64,000 nucleotides of DNA, from contig NC_081333.1 in the NCBI RefSeq assembly GCF_022539665.2, forward strand, positions 186,001 through 250,000, read 5' to 3'. Positions 38,730 through 50,502 of the stretch are shown piece by piece. The first letter of the stretch is position 1; each line of letters begins with the position of its first letter. A model generated the notes under the pieces. That model was not told the DNA's origin. It made no database searches and saw nothing but the letters and a program-made list of their open reading frames with translations. The translations under genes were made by a program, and so were the position numbers. This DNA comes from Daphnia carinata (lineage: Eukaryota).

Positions 38730-40162
38730 TTATTGCTGTTGGTTGGTGAAATCAATTTCGCCACCACTGGCTGGACTGGAATCGGCGGAAGGAGCAGAGG
38801 CTTCGACGGAAGCCGCATCAGCGACCGCAGTGCCGTTGGACTTTTGTCCTTCACGCCATCCTAGGTAATTGCTGCCGTAACCACTTTCTGCAGCCAATTT
38901 TCGAAATGAGCAAATAAAAGACATCGTTAATAACAGAGTCACATCAGTGAAAAAATACATGTTTTCATTTGATTAATTGCACGTGAAAAAGGGAATCGCA
39001 TGGAGGACGTGTTGCAATTTTGTGTTTTACATACCAACGCTAAGGCTGTTGTATCCTGAGTGCCCATACGCGACTTGTTGTCCGCCGCCAACATTGTTTC
39101 CATACAGTCCCGTATTGTAGCCAGTGTTTCCGTAGCCGGTGTTCGTGCCGTAGCCGCTATGGCCTCCGTATCCAGTATTGATTCCAGTGTTTGTGCCGTA
39201 CCCAGTATTTGTTGCATATCCAGTGTTGCTTCCGTATCCAATGTTTGTTCCATAGCCGGTATTGGTTCCATAACCTGCGTTCGATCCGTATCCCGTGTTT
39301 ATTCCGGATCCCGTACCGTAGCCGGTGCTGCCGAAGCCAGTGTTGCTGAAGCCTGTGTTGCCGTAGCCAGTGTTGCTGGAGCCAGTGTTGCCGTAGCCGG
39401 TGTTGCCGAAGCCGGTGTTGTCGAAGCCAGTGTTGCTGGAGCCGGTGTTGCCGTAGCCCGTGTTGCCGTAACCGCTCTGACCGTAGTTGATGTTTTGGCC
39501 GTATCCGGCATTGACTCCTGGAGTTTGGTAACCACTTCCGCCATATCCTGATACAAACGCGATAGGAATACCAATCAATTATTTAATAATTTCCCTTTAT
39601 AATTTCTTCAATCATTCCCAAGAGTTAAATAATGAATGATTAAAGAAAAACTCATTACCACCAGCAGCGTTGTTGGCATGGTGCCCAGTGTTTTGATGGC
39701 CAAGCTGTTGGTGAGTGGTAAGACTGCTACTTTGCTGTTGATGGCTGCTGCTCTGTTGTTGGTAAACTGTACTGCTCTGTAATTGACCTATCCGCCAAAA
39801 CAATGGTTTGTTTTAAAATAAAATTCAATTATTTCAAAATGAATTGGATTCTCTCATTACTTGTTTGGTGACCGTAATTGGGACGATAACGCTCGTCAAC
39901 CTTTTCACCTTCAGCCAATTCGCCTACAGGTGCCACAGCATGCAGCACCTCCGGTGATACAACGATGGGAGCCTCATCTTCCGGGTACGGCATGGCAACG
40001 GCCAACGCCAACATCAATAACTATCGATACAACATGTTGGAATGAAACTCAAACCTTTCAAGATTTCCACGATAAACGTGAGACATTTTAAATCACAAAT
40101 GAAATTTGAAAACAAAGAAAAATTCTGTGAAAATGACTTACCGTAAACACGAAGCGAAACAT
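38730..40162 (-). CDS. Secreted protein with [10 protein letters not shown] repeats, 5 exons
   Basis: [23 protein letters not shown]...|Q/S/H-rich exon|(NTGYG)n exon|ESGYGSNY...QQQ*. TATAAAT at ~40261. Confidence 0.88.
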
Positions 40163-41190
40163 TTTGCCTAGGACTATGGAGAGCTTCTCTTCCGGCGGAT
40201 GATGTGATCGCCTGGACGGTTGGTGTGCGGATGTATGTAACTCGGTTTGGATGGTGCCGTATTTATAGTCAAACCGACTGTACCGAGCGATGGGAACAAA
40301 GCAACAGCGAAGGTCGATCCGGCATATAGGTAAGAAGAACTTAATGACCTGTGTGTGTGTGTGAAGAATAAGGAAAACAACCGAAGCTATGGGAAAAACC
40401 CAACACCTCTTGTGGGGTGTTATGCTGCCTATTGAGCAAAGTATGCACTAAAAAAACAGATGGGGAGGGGAGAAAAACCAAAACGATATATGCACTTGGC
40501 TAGTAAGAAAAAAGAAAAACATTTTGAGGTGTTAGCGTACCTGGGCTTATTCACGTGGGGGAATGGCCATCACGATACACGGGACAGCCTGAGGAATTTT
40601 TTGGTCGGTTATGTGAGCCGGGTTTTCCTCGATGACGACATGATTAGCATGATCATCAAATATGGCTCTCGATCAAGACATTTTCAGTGATAATGGGTTT
40701 ATCCTGTGTCAATAAATGGGTGGAAAACTGCGACATCACGGGCCCCTATGAAATTCACACGAAAGAAACTCACTATTAAATAGGTAGAGTCGAGCTGTTT
40801 TACGTCTGACCAAATTCAAACATATTTTCAGGAAGAGGTCTACGCAAACGAGTTATCAGGAATCACATACAGAATCTAGTCATGAACACGGTTGACTGCA
40901 CTCATTTGAGCTAAAGCATTGAAATCTAGATCAGTCCGCAGACAAACATGACGACGGAGATGACCTTGAATAATAGTGTCGACATCTGCCGCTAGGTTAC
41001 GGATGCCACGTACATTCATCTTGCATGTCCATAATAAAAGTCGTTTTATATTGTAACATTTTAAAAAATCATCTTTATTTCTTGACATAAGACTAAAACT
41101 AAAGTTAAAAAATAATGTTCACTGTTTCGTTTTCATATTTGCCGAAATAATTACACGGTTATAGCCATTAACTTACCTACCTGGCGGCCA

Positions 41191-42020
41191 TGTTGTAAAC
41201 AGTGTTTTGATTCCAGAAGTTACTGTATATAAAGGTTGAGAAAGCCATTTGTTGATGAGGTGGAGTAGCTAGTGACTAAGGAACCTTCCTTAGTACTATA
41301 GGCGGCTGAGTGTCGAATGAAAGGTGGCTGGATGACAGGTCTGATCGCTAAGTACCTTTCATTAGACATTCTAGTCATACAGCCGGCTTGAATCAGCGGT
41401 TGAGCCTACAGTATTGCATGTGTGTCGTGGTACAAATCATGGCGTTGGCTAGGTCTGGTACCGTCTGGATGGCCTAGTACGGAGTTAGGTACATAATTGT
41501 CGATGAGCATTTCCGTGAGGATGGTCCCCCATCCATTACCATGATATTCGTGAATGTGTACCCCAGTACATACGCATGGATATGTTGGTAAATCACGTGA
41601 CTATGTAAGGCAGTTGTACACGTTGGAGCAACGAGAGGAGAAGAAGAAAAAGAAGAAAAAGAAGAGGACCGTCCGTTAGAAGAGATCCAATATATCTAAT
41701 CCGCTAGGTTACAGATCCATCTGGGTCAAAAAACTGCTGATAGCCGGGGTGGGGATACCCGGTATTGAGGTTGGTTCCTGTGAGGCCTATCACGCAGACA
41801 CTACTGTGGACAACTCAACTGTTGCGATTCAAGTCACACTAGCTACTCCACCTTTTTTATTCTGTAAAGGAAATCTTTTTTATTCTGTAAACTTAATTGT
41901 TTCGATTCGAGTTACACTAACAAGTCCCTTCCCTCAATATTTTTCTTCGAATCAATATTTCAAAGTGGAATCCGGAAGTAACTATTGCTATATCAATTTT
42001 ATATTGGGGCATTTACAGCA
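41191..42020. mobile_element. Possible solo LTR (~830 bp)
   Basis: Begins TGTTGTAAA and ends TTTACAGCA (TG...CA, 8/9 inverted match). It has an internal purine run (GAAGAAGAAAAAGAAG) and a short internal duplication. No target-site duplication seen. Confidence 0.4.
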
Positions 42021-42731
42021 GAGTAGCTATGCATTTTGCTTTTCACATGTCCAGATGATCCTGTTTCTCTATCATTTGCCAAATGTCTTTTTCCTCAAAA
42101 TCAGATTATTACTGTTTAAAACGAGGCAATCAATAACTGCATACCAGACTGTTGTCTTATCAATAATAAACAGAGAGAACAAAGAGAAATTTCTTCTGGA
42201 AGTGACATTCTTCAAATTATTTCAGCATTAGGAATGTGAAAACAGAATCATCTTTAAATACAAAAAATCGCACTACACACATAAGAGAAAAAAAGCCAAT
42301 TATTTTTGCGGAAGATTGCAGGGTATAAACTGATATACTTGATGGAATATCCGCCTGTCTAGTCGATCCGGAAATGTACAAACGCACTACTTCTTTTTAT
42401 CTGATATGAACACGTCATTGCACCTGATCTATTGCCTACACTACGATATAGTATTACGAGTTCGTGAAACTCACATACTATGCTCCATTTCCAAACAGTC
42501 CAGTAAGAAATTATATCAAAATGGACATGTTAAAAGGCAGCACATTTTCTTACGTTCATTGTGACATGTGGGATCTAATATCCCAACAACCATTAGTTTT
42601 ATGTTTACGTAAAAGAAAAAAAAGATAGGATAAGGAAAGATTGAAAAATCGTCCAAAATATACAAGGGAACTATGTAAATATGCAGACGCCTTATATAAT
42701 AGTTAACATTTTTAACACAAAGGAATGCGTT

Positions 42732-45076
42732 TTAATTCGTTTCAGATCCACCGGGCGGCATTGTTTCGCCCGAAGGTCCATGATATCGATAGGAGTTTTT
42801 CCAAATTTCGGCGTATACCATGGCCGAATGAAATCTATAAAAGATGCAGAGCGGCAGCGTAATGCGCTGAACGATGGCCCAAGGCAGAAATCCGTAAAAA
42901 TTGAGCTGAACCGGATTAGCTTCGACTTTTTGCATTTCGAAAGTGTAGACGAGCCACAGGGTCATGTTGGTGATCAACAAAAAAGTGACGGACTGTCGGC
43001 CCGGCTTCTCCAAATCCTGCTCGGCTGTGTTCACAATGCGTCTCGACATGTCCGAGATGAAAACCGTCTGTACCGTCACTTCGATGACGGACAACAGGCC
43101 GTTGATGAACACTAAAGTGGGCGGTTCTTCCGTCGAACTGCCCAGCGCTCCTGCGATCATAGAAAAGGCGGCATACATAAAAATCCCCAAGGCAGAGATC
43201 CGTAACAAAATGTTGCCCAGCTCTTCCATGTGCTCCGAATGGAAATGCAAATGCCGGGCTCTGTATTTTAAAAATATATATATTTATATTAATTAAATAC
43301 AGACAAAATCATCTGTATTATGAAATGATTACCTGTATGCGCCTAACGCCATGGCGAAGATGGAAACGAGAAGCAAAGTGCAATGGGCCGCGTAGCCCAG
43401 GATGAGTCCCAGTCGTTTGAATTGGGGCATGGGCACAAAAATGAAGAATAAGACGAGACAGAGGAGCGAAGCTGTCAGGAAAAAGAGGCCGATAAAGAGT
43501 TCCTTCGAAGCTCCAACACAATCGACTCTTAATTGACGAGTTTTGCTGTTCCAGATCGATTCGTCTCTAACGCCTCGGTTGTTATCTTCCGTCTTGTACC
43601 TAAAAAAAATCGAAATGCTTAATCACGTTTTGAAATTTTTGTCAACGGATTGAAATACTTTGGGTTGAGGCCAATATGTTCCCAAATGACGTAAAGAACT
43701 GCAGCGCCAATGAGCGAATATTCAATGAGGAAAGGATAGAGGAACGGAGCAGCGTCCATGATGATGTTGCCCAGGAAAATGCGACGGCCACACGAGACAT
43801 TGCCCGTCAATTCCCACAAGCTAATTTCTTTTTTGCTCTTAACGGCTGCAACAGTCGGTGCGGCTGACGTCGCAACGCCGATGGGCGCATCGCCCAAAGT
43901 TTCATTCACTGTCCATTTGAAACACATTTAATTTTTAAACACTGATACAATTAAATACAGAACATTAATACCTACATCAAAAAGGGCAGAATTTCCTCCT
44001 TCGAAACTTTCATCGCTTCCGGCCGCAGCGGCTACAGCCTCGACAATGTGATGTAGGAAAGCGTTGGAAACGGATTCATAGCCATCGACAACCGGTTGGC
44101 TTTGCTGCAGTTGTTGGCTCCTGGCAATTTTATCATAATAATTATAATGACCATTGATTTCTTTCAACGATTCTCTAACCAACGTCCGAATCCAAACGCA
44201 AATGTTGGTGGCAACGCAATGCATCAATCCGAAACGGGCAATCACTTTGAATTTGTGAATGTTGAGCTGAAAAAAAAAAAATAATAATGAAAATGAACAG
44301 TTTTAAAAACGAATAGTTAATGCCATACCCTGGCAGACACGAAGATGAAGTACATTTGGAGGAAGACAAAGGCTGCGTGCAGAAGCGGATTGATGCCACG
44401 CAGCAGAGCGAAACAGGGCGAGTCGGGCGGCACTTCGAGAAAGGCACCGAATTCCAGCCCGTCATAAATCATAGTGCCCAGCCCGAAAGCCACAGCGCCG
44501 GCCCTTAAGAACAGGCTTCCATGGCTGTGCTCGTTATCGGAGACTTTAGTTTTCCTCGCCTTTCGACCGTTGGCAGCGCCGCCGGTGTTTGTTACAATGT
44601 CGCTGTTGCTGTTCATCGTGCTGTAGGAGACGATCTCGTTGGGCGAATCTCCTACGCTGAGGCCGAAATTCTGCGGCATCCATTGCTTCGTGGCGCTGCT
44701 TTTGCGTGACGATGGGTGTGGATTCTGACTGACGCCTTTCGACGAGTCGTCCATGTCGATCGGATCCGTTCGGCTGAATTTCCTGCGCTCGCCGCTGCTC
44801 TCGCCGCTGAATTGATTGAAGAATCGACGTAAAGGCGTCGGCGCAGAGACGATCTCGTTCTCGACCGACATGCTGGAATCGGGATTGCGCACAGCGTCGT
44901 AATCGCTGGTTTCATCTTCGGTGGTCGTCGTCGGATTGGCCATGTTCGATTCCCTCGATCGGCTTAATTTCTTCAAGCGTTTCTTCTCCTCTTGGCGTCT
45001 TTTCGATCGCAATAAATAGCCGAAGACGTACAGAAAGAACACGATCGACACGGCGTACAAGAAGGCGAAGAAAGTC
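42732..45076 (-). CDS. Otopetrin-family proton channel (OtopL-like), 5 exons seen; 5' exon(s) unresolved
   Basis: Family motifs HGSLFLRAGAVAFGLGTMIY, ARFGLMHCVATNICVW, PFLYPFLIEYSLI, VDCVGASK, KPGRQSVTFLLITN and LPLCIFYRFHS. Confidence 0.93.
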
Positions 45077-45999
45077 TGTGAAATTTGAAAAGCAAAAACA
45101 TTAATAACAATAGCCATCAGTCACTTGTTTGTAATGCATTTGCATGTGATTGCCACATGGGAAATTTGTAAGCGTCACCCTATGGCACAAATGTGCTGAC
45201 AGGGTAACGCCCTTATTATGTTCTCACGAATCGTATGCAGACGACTAAATTAAAGCTGAAAATGATATCATTTGAATAAAGAAAAAAGAATGTACCGTAC
45301 AGCCTAGAGGAATAACATTTTACCTCCCTGTAAAATTATGCATTTGGGATAAACTAAAAAAAAAGCCCCAAAAAAAAGAATGGCCCGAACACGTTCGCAA
45401 TTTCCAGGAAATTTCGCGCTCCTTTCAACTCCTTTTGAACGTAACATGCAACTGCGTTGCTTGTTGAATTGCTGGTATGCAAATAGCGACCCAAGCTATT
45501 TGGCTATACCGCAGGCTATTGTTTTTCTTTTTAAGGTTTGAGTTTAATTACGTAATGAACAGGTGTAGGTATTTTACTCAAAATAAAGTGCCCAACCAGG
45601 AATTGATACGGAATTTCACCGAACGTCTGGAACAAAAAAAAAGGAATTTAAAAGAGATGGTACACGTTGCAATATTTCAATAATGATGAATTACCTCTTT
45701 TGTTTTGCGCTGGGCGTTTCAGCTTACAACTCTTTCTCATCAGATAGGTATCTTTTTAGAATTAATTAATTTCACAACTACTTGAGATTCAATTATTTAA
45801 TGAGACAGTGGGCTATGACAGCCCACTGTTTTTCGAATCAAATTTTCTTTTTTGTTATTAGCCTTACAAAGAGGCCACGGACATGATTGCGTGTCACGAA
45901 GCAAATGGATTTGTACAGAGGCCTATGGGCTATGTAGGCAACAGTTCGTATAAAAAAGTAATAACGGCTAGTTTAAGGAGAAAAACACTTACATAATCG

Positions 46000-46712
46000 A
46001 GCTCAGAGTTCAATTTTGGATATGCCATGTGATTTTTTTCGAATTCGAAGGGATTTCGTTTTTTGCCTATTTTGACAAAAGTGAGAAGGGCTTCTCACTT
46101 TTTTCATTTTTGGCCAAATTTCAAATTCGACTTAAAATAGATGATTTCAATGTAGAATTGAATGGTAATCACGAAAATAAAGTTTATTTTTCAATTAGCC
46201 TCGTAGCTTTGGAAATAAACGAAGAAAATAAACGTGGGAAAATTGCCTCAAAAACCTGCAAAAACTGACACTCATTGGAATTCGTTAAAAACCACAGAGT
46301 ATATTCAAAATTGAATGTTGATTAAGGGAAAATTGTTATTTTTTTCACTTAGCCAATCGTTTTTCAAATACAGGGAATATTACCCAATGCTAGCGCGCCA
46401 GTACGCTTCAGTGCTGCGATGAGTAAAAAACAATTCTCTTGAAATTCACTGAAACTTGCCTATGATAAGCCAAATTTGACGCTGCTAACGAATGCAATAT
46501 TAGTGTACCCCTAAGTCGTGTCTATATCCTAGTTTCATTGATATTTCCAGAATCGAAACCTTTTTTACGATATTTCTGTTAATAGATGGCGCCGGCGACG
46601 GTAAACAAACAAAAATCACTTAAATTGCGTTTTATTCAGAAACCGCACCATTAGTCGAAAAACTAATGCTATATTCTGAATCAGCGTTCAACACTGGTTA
46701 TTTTTGGTGGGG
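46000..46712. mobile_element. Dispersed repeat-family copy containing an inverted satellite-unit segment
   Basis: Hairpin AAAAGTGAGAAG-GG-CTTCTCACTTTT (~46077). CTAGCGCGCCAGTACGC at ~46390. 46580-46710 is the reverse complement of part of the 376-bp unit. Confidence 0.8.
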
Positions 46713-47645
46713 CCAGACACAGTAGAATAAACTCATCGATAATTTAACTATTTATTTTGTAGATTTCAACATATGGTGGCACAACACACTTATTACACAC
46801 ACATTTATGCAACCACACACACTTGCTCGGTCTATGGTTGAGCTCATTATGGTTGCATCGGTTTTATGGCAAGGATTACTCTGCTGTTTAGGCCTTGGAG
46901 CCCTTGAATGGCCTTGAACTAGAAGCTGATGGGGAATGTCGAGGATAATTTATGGAATGTGGTTGATAGATGGCGTTTGCCGTGCTAGCGCACCACTATG
47001 CAGTCATGCAGTTAAGAAAAGGAAGTATCGTAGGTGGGATTGTGGGACTGGGACAGTTAATCGGGGTTAATTCTAAACGTGTTTGGATGACTACGTGTTT
47101 TTTTGTGACATTTCACACAGTCAACATTGTGTTTGAGAGGCAGAGAGTAGCCACAGAGTCGTGCGACAGAAAGATACAAAAAACATCAGCGAAAAACAAA
47201 CATCACATTAAAACGATATTAACATTTCATTCAGGGTGAGGCAAATAATTGATAACAACAGCAGCAAAGAGGAAGTTCTAAGAAGAGGAAGAAGCTAAAA
47301 AGTATAGAAAAACGCATAAAGTTATTCACGGACGTCCCCTTACCGCTGCGTAGTATCAGTCAAATGTGGAAGTTGACTTGTAATGTTAAAATTTGTCTCT
47401 GACGCCGTTTTCTCTCATTTTTTAAATCAGTTGTCTACAACCAAGATAACAAGGATTTTTAAAAATTATCTTCATTTGTTTTACCAGTAGTTGTTGAAAC
47501 AACTTTCTATATGCTGGCTTCGTACCATGCCACGAAGATTTCAACCAAAAACTGACAAAAATTCATGTTATTTTCTTTAACAGCTAGGAGCATCTTGGAG
47601 TTTTCCTAAGTTCTAACAAAGGACGCTGTTATTTCATCACCCATA

Positions 47646-49200
47646 ATGGAAGTAGATCGCAAATTATTTGCTGAAAAGCTTAAAGCTTCTAAAGATGGGC
47701 CTGATCAGCAAACACAAAGTGGTATGGGTTTTGGATTGAAGGTTCTGGAAAGCATTCAGCAGCAGATATTGCTGAGTTTATTCTTCATAGGCATGAGGGA
47801 AGTTTCCATTCCAATACTGTTAGAGGTTAAAATTTGCAAAGCAATATTATCTACCTTAAACTTTTTAAAACTATGTAACCTTTCTTTTAGGATTTCGTGA
47901 AAATGAAGTCATTCTCATAACCTGTTGAGAACCTGAAAGGGCTGTGGGAAATGAATCTGCAATTGATGTAATAGAGATGGAGAATTCTCACTTTGGTATA
48001 CAACAACCAAGCCATTCCTGTTATGACTGATTTGGCAATATGGCAATTAAAACTTAGCAGAGAAGAAGTGCAGGGCGTAGGTGTGCGACCGCAAAAATTG
48101 ACGATTATGAAACCTGGAACTGGGACGATAATCTATCCGACGAATATCACCCCTAGTAAAATCCACTAATTTGCCGTTAAGCAGCTTATCTAATCCTATT
48201 AATTTGGTTTCCTATGTCTTTGCTACTATGATTGTCCAACTTCCGTTTCAAGGTGAAGGTGGCACTATCAAAGTGTCTCGTGAAAACCAATCATGCTCAT
48301 TCGAAAACGCGCTGGACAGCAGCATATTGTTTTACCACATAATATTCGTGTCAAATGCCTCTTGTCAGATAGCAGAAATGGGAAGCGGTCGGGGGTGATG
48401 ATGATCTTCGATCTTCTCTATGCCAAACCTTCTACGTTGTTTCCCTCAACTACGTACTTGAAAGATTATATAGTTGAAAGTTGCATATAAAATTATATAG
48501 TTGAAGATTATATATTTATATTTTGCTAGAACTGATTCCAAGAGGCCCTGATCGCCTTTTGTCTGTTGCCTTGTTGTCTGCCACTACCGCATGAGCAAGG
48601 TTAATAATTTCATTAAATCATTATTCGTTTGTTTTACGCTTTAATCACCTTTCTTTTTGTAAGCAAACCAACGAATGGGATGCCCCTACGGATGTAATTT
48701 TTGCAAGAGTTCCATAGGAAAATCAATCTGTTGCAATCGTGCTCAAGAACAAATGCGCCACTATTCGCGCTTGCCCCATATGTTGCTGAATATGGGAAAT
48801 TACCAAGCAGCTACGGCCATACAAACCCAAAAAATTGGGAAATTACCAAGCCATACAAACCCATTTTGTCAGGTGATTCCCAGTTTGCAATAAATTTAAA
48901 GCAGGATAAAGGGTTGCCCAACAAAATAAGCATCCAACATCTGACTGATATTGATGTGCCGGTGTGCCAGTTTTCCTTGAATTGCAGTCTTTTAAATCTT
49001 AAATGTGTCAAAATTTGTTAAAAATGCTCCCAAGAGCTGTCCGAAAGCAGAAAATTCTCCATGTGTGAAGTATGGACAAATGTGGCACATCAGTAACTGT
49101 GAGGCACTTCAAGCTGAAAGCTCTCTGTTTTTTTTTACCAGAATTAGCTGATCTAATGTTATTACTCATGGACCTAAACCTTTTGATAGTAAAGTTTAAA
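47646..49200 (+). pseudogene. Degenerate 2OG-Fe(II) oxygenase-like gene (boundaries approximate)
   Basis: WQLKL...KLTIMKPG, then VFATMIVQLPFQGEGGTIKV...FYHIIF...MGSG/VMMIFDLL. This resembles the FGTLxxQLPSxxxGGxLxV...VTSGxRxxLxYNL core as I recall it. Frameshift at the G-run ~48391 and no HxD...H ligands seen. Confidence 0.55.
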
Positions 49201-49467
49201 CTTAATCTTGCGGGACTTTTTGATTTGTGGCACTGATGGATTTGCAAAGTTTAATTTCAAGGAAGATAATGGTATTAGCTTTCTATCTTAAGTTGTTTGT
49301 GAGCAGAATAATAGCCATTTTACTGTAAACCCGGATCGTCTGATTGAATAAACAAGAAGAGAAATGAGTGAAAAGAAATGTTTATTTATGTATCGAGGAC
49401 AAAACCTGCGACAGAGTAATTTTGTCACACCGAAGTGGATTAATCGAATGGTTACAAAAAACTCACC

Positions 49468-50502
49468 TTACATTCGGTAGAGTATCACATTGGTACGAAT
49501 CTCTTGCACAAATTTCAGTGAGTCATCGATGACATTTCTGACATCTCGAATTTTGTTCGCAGCGGCATTTTCGTTCATGTCATCAAGCAGATATATCCAC
49601 GACTTTAGATATACTTTCCAGTTTCGGGTAACTTGTGTGAACTTCCCGTGGCAAGTGGCATTTCTGCCTTCCATAGCGTCCTTCAGTATTAGCGCGGTAG
49701 ACCTTTGAGAATGACCTGTTCCGAAATAGTTCTTGTAATTTTTTTGCTCTTGTATTATGAGCTTCAAATTGGCGAACACGTCAATGTCAATTGACGTTCC
49801 TTTTTGTTTTGTACGTACCAAAAAGTTTCGAAGAGCAGGGCCTAGATGTCTTAGTAGGCAACTGTACAAAACGAGGCTTAGGCCGAATGCGGCGTTTTGA
49901 TCGTAGGTGCCACTATTACATGAAAACTTCTTATCATCGACAGCGTGTTTGTAATGACCGCTCATGAGGCGACTGTAAACAGCCTCTATGTCGGTGGCAC
50001 TGCATTCGTCTCCAACAATTCGGCAAAGTTTTACCAAAGCTTCAAAATGGGTTATCCAGTTTGTCTTTAATGCCTGGAGATTTAAATGGCATGTTTCATT
50101 TCTTGCATAGACAACGTTGCGGATCTCCACGCAGGATAGAGAAGAAACAAGAAAATGCCCGTTGTTGTTGTAGTTCATTAAGGTCTCCATTACGTCCGCA
50201 CAGTCGTAATTAATGGCCATCGGTGAAAGGATACGTTGTCGGCACAAGAACCGCCGCGCAGCCGGAGTGGCGTAGTAGGTCAAACAATAGAATAAGACCT
50301 CAGCTACGTATATGATGTTGTCATCACCCACTTGGGGTGAAACAGGCGGTCGTGCTACGGTCTGGGCTGTAGTCGCGCTTTTGGTCTCTTCTTCGGGTAT
50401 TTCAGTACGGAAAGTTCTTGTAATATTTCGAACTGGATGAATGTTTATTTTTACCATCTTGGATTCTTGTGAAAAACTCGTCAAGAGGCAAATAAATAAC
50501 AT
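49468..50502 (-). CDS. Protein with two tandem HEPN-like (Swt1-like) domains, candidate RNase; likely start at ATG 50457
   Basis: Uninterrupted 344-codon ORF with a ~146-aa internal duplication. Each repeat carries an R-x4-H motif: RNETCH (50086-50103) and RNATCH (49648-49665). Confidence 0.75.
   Translation of the reverse strand: MLFICLLTSFSQESKMVKINIHPVRNITRTFRTEIPEEETKSATTAQTVARPPVSPQVGDDNIIYVAEVLFYCLTYYATPAARRFLCRQRILSPMAINYDCADVMETLMNYNNNGHFLVSSLSCVEIRNVVYARNETCHLNLQALKTNWITHFEALVKLCRIVGDECSATDIEAVYSRLMSGHYKHAVDDKKFSCNSGTYDQNAAFGLSLVLYSCLLRHLGPALRNFLVRTKQKGTSIDIDVFANLKLIIQEQKNYKNYFGTGHSQRSTALILKDAMEGRNATCHGKFTQVTRNWKVYLKSWIYLLDDMNENAAANKIRDVRNVIDDSLKFVQEIRTNVILYRM

Noticed and set aside
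39060..39574. Long antisense and alternative-frame ORFs over Gly-rich exons (also at 20.4-21.1 kb, 26.7-27.2 kb and 55.9-56.3 kb)
   Set aside because: Shadow ORFs caused by stop-poor repetitive codons.
45693..45740. Candidate otopetrin first exon MRKSCKLKRPAQNKR
   Set aside because: Its splice phase gives an immediate stop in the next candidate exon.
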